Shown here: positions 56,602-64,000 of the stretch, piece after piece
How positions within the stretch are numbered: position 1 is the first letter of the stretch
How the letters are laid out: each line of letters starts with the position of its first letter
Origin: Chrysomallon squamiferum
Lineage: Eukaryota > Animalia > Mollusca
Assembly: GCA_012295275.1 (NCBI GenBank)
Contig: CM022668.1
Span: forward strand, 13,950,001 to 14,014,000
Length of the DNA: 64,000 bases
Direction: 5' to 3'
The notes under the pieces: generated by a model
Databases searched by the model: none
The model's input: only the letters and a program-made list of their open reading frames with translations
What the model was told of the DNA's origin: nothing
Made by a program: the position numbers and the translations under genes

Positions 56602-57503
56602 ATGAACATCTACAACGTACATTCGGTTTTTATTCCGTGGATATGGGTTTGTCTCGATGTTCTCATTACTGCTGTCAGTGTTAGCGCCTTCCCACAGTCC
56701 CATGGCGTAATAAACCATGTGAAAAACGACTTCGGATTCTCTCGGATTTCTTCGTACAAACGATCGGTGAGGTCCCACAGAGAGATTACCTACTCGACAA
56801 TTTCCGGCAGCGAAGGGAAATCTTCGGCATCGCCGACCGTCGCGGAGATTCTCGAATTCGTGGATCGCATTAAGCACGGATACGTCCCCCACTGTCCCAA
56901 GAACAGCACTCGCCCGCCCATCACCCCTTTGACGCGTTTCCAGTTCTTGCCAGAGTACTTCTTCGAGCCGTTCGAAAAAGAGGTCCGCCGGACGGTCGAT
57001 CTTGCCAACACTCTCAACGACTACTTCATGTACAAGGACGAAGGCAAGCGTCTGTACAATGACGTCATTCTCTTCGCCTTGACTCAGTCCGTGGTAGAGT
57101 TGGAGCCATCGATAGCGGGCTGCGGGATCGCCTTCGACAAGGGACAGTACCCCGTACGGAACGAGACCCTGTTTTTCCCTTACTCGTACCGACTGGGGTC
57201 GCTCTCCGAGTCCGTGATCGTGTCCGACCTCACTCTCATGTACGCCTACTACGACACCGAGTGGTTCAGAAGCCAAAAGTTTAAACCCGTCAGCCACTTC
57301 CGGAGGTCACGCGGTTTCATTTTCGCCAACTCGTCCGATGTCGGCGACACTCGGAAATACGATTTTTGGCGGAATTCGTCGGTTGTCGTTTCGGCGAGGG
57401 ACGGATTCTGGGGTGAGCCGTACTACGACTGCAAGCTGAAGAAGCTGATCGTTCAGTACTCGGTGCCGTTCTACCAAATGAAAAAGGACTTGCCTGTTTT
57501 CAA
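56602..57503 (+). CDS. First coding exon of a GPR158/GPR179-like class C GPCR (extracellular Cache domain); later exons not found in the window
   Basis: Signal peptide, then ANTLNDYF...LFALTQSVVE...GCGIAFD...FFPYSYR...YYDTEWF...DGFWGEPYYDC...VQYSVPFY...FK, the Cache-domain pattern of the GPR158/smog family. Ends at a phase-2 donor AA|GTGAGT. The 7TM region is not visible, so orthology is not assigned. Confidence 0.85.
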
Positions 57504-59291
57504 GTGAGTATCTAGATGTTGTCACGTGACGTTTTTTGTTTATGCATCACACATACAGAACATTCTGGAGTTTTTTTTTTTTTTTTTTTTTTTTTTGACT
57601 GAATCTCTCTCGTGTGATTTATGAAAACGCTTATGGTTTGACTGAATAGTAATTTAATGTTTATTTCACGTAATTATCTACTATGAATTTTTTCAGTCGT
57701 CCATTTATTCATCCATCCATCCATCCAGATTTCTGTCTGTCCATTCGTTAGTCCGTCAGTATTTTTATGTACCAAATTAACATTCTTTCTTCCGTATATT
57801 CTGTCTATCTATCTGTCGTCTGGTTTATATAACTATATGTATATCTACCTACCTACCTATCTTATCTATGCACACCTATTTATAGGTTTTCCTTCTACCT
57901 AATTTATTTATTTATTTATTTATCTGCTATTACTCCATCCATCCATCCTTTCATATCACTCTAAATCCAACTTTCCTTCATTTTTATTTATTTATTTATT
58001 ATCATTATTATTTTGTGCCTCAGATCAGCTTGGCTATCCATCTATTCATCAACAGCAATAATTGTGCGTGTGCGTGTGTGAGTGCGTGCGTGTGTGTGTG
58101 TGTGTGTCCATATTTTATTTAAAGTTCGCTTACAGATTTTTTTTTGTGGCAGCTAAAAAAAAAAAAGAACTGATTTTGAATTGCAGGCATTCTGTAAAAC
58201 TACAGACATGCTTCAAAATGGCCGCTTGCTCTTCATAAAGTCTAGATTTTTTTTAAACCTGCAACCTGATTGCTTCATTACTGAGAAAATGTAATCTCTT
58301 CTTGGTCAGTGTGACGTCATAGTCCATATTACGTAAACTGCAAATTAATTTTAGCGTACCAGCGCAATTTGTTTTGTGATTCGATTTGTTTTTCAATTGG
58401 TTTTATTTTCCTGATTATCTGGACTTCATGTTAAAGCACGGTTTTCTGTACATACGGGCTTAGATAAAGTTCAGTTGATGTGTACTGTACTGCAATAGTC
58501 TTTTAAATAGGAATATATGGAAGAAAAAAAAAAGAAAAAAAACAACAACCAAAAATAACAAATGAAATATAACAACAAAAAAAAAAATAAAAATAAAAAA
58601 AACCAACCCCCCCAAAAAAACTATAAAACTACAAAAACAATAAGAACAATAATAACAAATATAATAATAATCGACAATAATATACATAAAAAGTTCTTCC
58701 ATATTATATTTTGTATAAAAATATTTCATCAGTTTTGTACATATTTTTTTAAAAACAAAATTGTAGTCTAAATTAATTAATTCCAATTGATAATATTTAC
58801 ATAAAAATATTTCAAAGAATAATATTTCTACCTTATACTGAATAAATATTAATGTACTTCAATAATTTTGTAAATAGAACACTGCAGATATTTTATTTGC
58901 ATTAAATTTCCATATATTAAAATTCTACTCACACTTAATGCACATAATACTCTGTAAATCCTACAGAACAGTTTCATAAGTATTTCACCACAATGAAATT
59001 ATTCATAATACTATTTTGTGTGTATGTATCTGCATCTGTATATATGTATGTATATATATATATATATATACATACATACGCAACTATATATGTTATAGAC
59101 TAGTTTCTAAAAATATAATTGTATACACTATTTTGCATAACAATAGAGAATAATAATTCTCGAAAGATTCTACAGAACATAATTCTAAGATATATTCTAC
59201 ACAACATAATTCTAACGTATATTATTCTACACAATAATTCTAAAAGCAATAATTTTAAAGATTAATTTACGTCATAGATCTATAAAATATT

Positions 59292-59353
<62 letters not shown>

Positions 59354-60456
59354 AAAAATTAAAAAAAAAATATATTTTACCAACAGATTCCTTAAATGTC
59401 AGACTAGTATTTTAGAAATGTCAAACTTTCACAGAAAACAAAGGTTTTACATAAAACGATATCCGTATAGCATGTACCGCGATATTTATTCTTCGTTTGA
59501 AAAAGGCCTTTGAATCAGGCAGCAGGGGAAAATGATATAAAATAAATTTTACAGAGGCAACAAGTTTTTAATTTTCTGATTCAGCTTCATGGAAAGTATT
59601 GTTTATTGTAAGTACGTGGCCTAGGATTGGCTAATATCTTAGTTTCCTGGAAGCTGTGTGTAAGCTACGATGTAAAACATTACTGCCATTATTTTCTACG
59701 CAGAATATATAATATATGCTATGTATGTGTATGTATGTGTGTGCATATATATATATACATCTCTGTGTGTATGTATGGATGCATGTATGTATGTATATAT
59801 GTGTGTGTATATGCATGTATGTGTATTTGTATGTATGTATGTACGTATGCATGACAGCATATACAAACACTTACATATTGATATATATATATGCATATAT
59901 GTTTCAATATGTAAGTGTTTGTATATATGTGTGTGTATGTGTGTGTGTGTGTGTATGAACATATATATACAAACACGCACACAAACAAACACACACACAG
60001 ATATACATACATACAAATATATGCACACCTGCACATATGCACACACACACGAACACACACACACGCCCACAAATATACACTAAAACGTGTCGCGAATTAC
60101 ACTGAGCGTTAATTCGTGAAATGCAGATATATGCGAGTCTCGGTTGGGTTGCGGTTGACAAAGAAAACAACGAGACTGAGAATATTTTAATAATCATTCT
60201 CCAGTTGACGAGACACTTAGTGATCCACATCACCCAGCAGCTGTGTCTGAGTCGACAGCTTTGTTTTTTATTTCTTCATTCGTCCCTCCAGGCTCATGTA
60301 TATATATGTATATATGTATGTATATATATATATTAAGTGTGAGTAGAAATTTAATATATGGAAATTTAATGCAAATAAAATATCTGCAGTGTTCTATTTA
60401 CCAAATTATTGACGTACATTAATATTTATTCTGTATAAGGTAGAAATGTTATTAGC

Positions 60457-60494
<38 letters not shown>

Positions 60495-61236
60495 TAGATA
60501 TAGATATATATATACATGTGTGTATGTATGTGTGTCTATAAACATTATATGCGTATCATATGTATTTTTGAATATGTAAGAATATCGGTCTGTATATATA
60601 TGTATGTATAAATATATATATATATATATATATATACGTATATGAATCTGTGTGTGTGTGTGTATGGGTGTGTATGAAGTTTTGTACATATGTGTGTATG
60701 TATGTTTGTATGTATGTATGTGTATATGTATATACGTATGTTGTGGATATATTTCCATGTTTATGCATGTGTGTATATGTGGATGTGTGTGTTCTTGTGT
60801 TTCTTTACACTCTGGTCCTGCGTTTGTAACAGTCAGAACAAATTAAACTGATTTCTGTCAGCAATTAGCGAATACCTAACTGTTTAGTAGATTTCTAACT
60901 AAAACGATCTGCAAAGTGTATGAAACAAGTGCTAATTTAAAACCAAAAATAAACTTTAAAATGTTTGCCAACTGTGTATAACACAGCTATATATATAAAA
61001 TAAAAAAAATACACCCACATGATAAATGCTTAGTCTAACGTCATTAATTATTAATATTTATAGAACGGATGGTGTATGTGAAAAACATTTCTTAGAAACT
61101 ATAAAACCGATGGTATCTATTTATTGCAATTCTACAAAACATAAAGCAGATATTTATTGGTTACAAAACACATTATAAATGATTACTTGTAGTAATAAAG
61201 CATTAAATAACCGAGGTAGTAACAAAAATATAAATA

Positions 61237-61272
<36 letters not shown>

Positions 61273-62544
61273 TGTATGTATGTATGTATGTATGTATGTA
61301 TGTATGTATGCATATATATATATATGTATATGTATATATATGTATATATGTATATATATTAGCAGGCTAATATGTAACATGCAACTTATTGAATGGATAG
61401 GTAACATTTGTTACTGTATCGTTATAACTAATTTATTGTACAGATTATTAACTAATTATCTTGATGGATTAATGCCATCGAACCAAAAGGTCATGGAGAA
61501 TAATATTGATGAATAATATTAAATATTGTGTTTATGTGTCTATAAGTGAATATGAAAGTAATAATTAAATGAAAAAGTGGTAGATTCCTTGTCGTTGTGA
61601 ATAAATGTCAAAATAGTGGTAGTGGTAGCAATAGTTGAAGTAGTAGTAGTAAAGGCGTAGGTATAGTAGTATAGATGTAGCAGTAGCAGTAGAAATGCTA
61701 CTAATTCTTCTGTTGGCATTATAACTACAGCGAATAATAATTATGAGTACTGTTACGAAAATGCTTTGACTATTACCACTGCAACCGCTATTACTGTGAA
61801 CATTACGTTTGTCGAACAAAGAACTGTGCATTCTTTTCTTCCTATTGTTACTTAGAATTAATATAACAGTTTAATAGCAGCAGCTTTATATACAACAACA
61901 AAAATAAAAGCAATGCTAATAATGTTTGTGGTAGTTACATTAATAATAATCATAAAATACTAGTAGTAATAGTAATAGTAATAGTAATAAATAAATAAGT
62001 AAATAAAATAAAATAAAATGAAAGAAGGTAAAAAAACCACACCAAAAAATAAACAAAAAGAACAACAGAACAAAAAAAACCCAACCCAAAACCCAGACAA
62101 AACAAAACAATAAATAAATAAATAAAAATAATTATAATTATTAAAATATAACACCCATTGTTTCAAACTAACTCTCAGAAAATCTACCACATTTTTTTTT
62201 TATCAAGATACTCTGAAATAAGAAATTCTTCTTTTTCTTCTTCTTATTATTATTCAAAAATCGCGTCTCAAATCTTTCTTTTTTTCCACTTTTACTCCAC
62301 ACATCCACCTTTTCATTCACTACACCAGAGAACAGAAGAACAAAATCTGCATCCATCTTTTAAAAAACACAGACACGAAAAATAACACAAATCCATCGCT
62401 ACTTGGCTGCCATGCATGGAATACTGCTAATCCATACAGCTTAATCTACTGACGTACATAAAGATAGGAAATGATTACTAGAGAAGATCATGCAGCTAAG
62501 CTCTCGACTGATAGAATGTGTCTTACAGAATATGAAAAAGATTC

Positions 62545-63685
62545 ATCTGTATAACAATCGACATATCTGTGTGTAACAACTCTCTAGCAAGATATTCATA
62601 TTGCTAGATATATTCATAACAAGAGACATCTCTATAACAAAATGTATATGTATATATACAAGAAACATCTCTATAAGATAATATATATATAGAACAGAAA
62701 CATCTCTACAAAATAATCTCTATAAGAAACTATAAAAGGCCTCTCTATAACATTTGCATAGCTAATGCATCTCTGAAACAAAACATATGCAGGCAAAAAA
62801 TTTCTCTGTTTAGAAAAAGAAAATAAAAAATCCTCTTTAATAAGATGAATTCTACAAAAAGAAACATTTCTATTATCAGGCATATCTGTGTAACAAAATA
62901 CATCTCTATAACAGAATACATCTCTATAACAAAGTATATCTCTATAACAGAATATATCTCTGTAATAACATAATCTCTAATAAAACATTCTATAACAAAG
63001 ATTGTTATAGATACATCTCTATTGGGTCTATAGCAAATACATCGATAACAAAACACATCTCTATAACAAGATATATCTCTAAATAAAAATTCTTCTCTAT
63101 AACAAAATGCATATCTGTACAAGCTATATCTGTATTACCATATACATCTCTAGACCTAAATGCATCTATAACAACATATTTTTTATAACAAGAGTCATCT
63201 CTATAACAAAATGCATCTCTATAATAAGATACATCTCTATAACAAGATACATCTCTATAACAAAATACGTCTTTAACAAAAAACATCTCTATAACAAGAT
63301 GCATCTCTGTAGCAAAAAGCATCTCTATAACAAGATACATCTCTATTACAGATATATCTCTATAAATATACATCTCTATAATAAGATACATCTCTATAAC
63401 AAGATACATCTCTATTACAAATATATCTCTATAAATATACATCTCTATAATAAGATACATCTCTGTAGCAAAATGCATCTCGATAATAAGACACATATCT
63501 GTTACAGATATATCTCTAAAATATACATCTCTATAATAAAATATATCTCTGTAGCAAAATGCATCTGTATAATAAGATACATATCTATTACAGATATATT
63601 TCTATAAATATGCATCTCTGTAACTAGATGCATCTCTATAACAAAATACATCTGTGTAGCAAAATGCGTTTCTGCTACAAGAAAA
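62545..63685. repeat. Degenerate 18-bp minisatellite in intron 1 of the GPR158-like gene
   Basis: Unit approximately CATCTCTATAACAAGATA over ~1.1 kb; it produces the spurious IEMYLV-type ORFs. Confidence 0.92.
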
Positions 63686-64000
63686 CAGCAAGGCATCACT
63701 GGAGCTTTTCGTTACAAAGGTTGCCACGGATTTCACAAACACTTATTGATCCTGACTGTATTGCATAACGTATTAAACTTGCACTGCGGTTTATTCATTA
63801 ATATATCTTTTTTATTTTATTATTATTATTATTATTAATAATATTTTTTTTTTTTACTTCTTCTGTTTTATGGTGTTCGATGCGAAAGCTTAATGCATGA
63901 TTATGTTAACGTCTTTCGATTAATGGAGAACGAGAAAAAGAACGCGAGAGAAAGCGAGAGAGATGGGATTTGCAGATTGTACTGAACTCACTGTGTAGGC

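Noticed and set aside
56407-57297. 296-aa antisense ORF
   Set aside because: It is a shadow of the GC3-rich GPR158-like exon, has no recognisable domain and runs into poly-T.

Overview
Eukaryotic, very AT-rich and microsatellite-dense animal DNA; the gene content and SINE style suggest a mollusc, which is inference. Spliced or intact genes built by hand from splice sites and reading frames: (1) the signal-peptide first exon of a minus-strand gene that leaves the window to the left; (2) a complete 6-coding-exon, 335-aa SPFH/Band-7 gene on the minus strand, with a 6-Cys insertion; (3) a complete 5-exon, 251-aa C3orf33 homolog; (4) three tandem PLAC8/cornifelin-domain genes with uninterrupted CDSs; (5) the 902-bp first coding exon of a GPR158-like (Cache-domain, class C) GPCR. 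The strongest signal is the PLAC8 cluster. One C-terminal pentapeptide of the canonical copy has expanded into 12 and 19 V-[QH]-P-x-A repeats in two young duplicates. The core domains of those duplicates differ at 25 amino-acid-changing codons versus 3 purely silent codons, while their promoters are about 98% identical. The second signal is ten perfect CRE palindromes (TGACGTCA) in the ~19 kb around the GPR158-like start, four of them within 160 bp. Most ORFs in the supplied track are microsatellite artefacts. All family assignments come from recalled motifs, not database searches.
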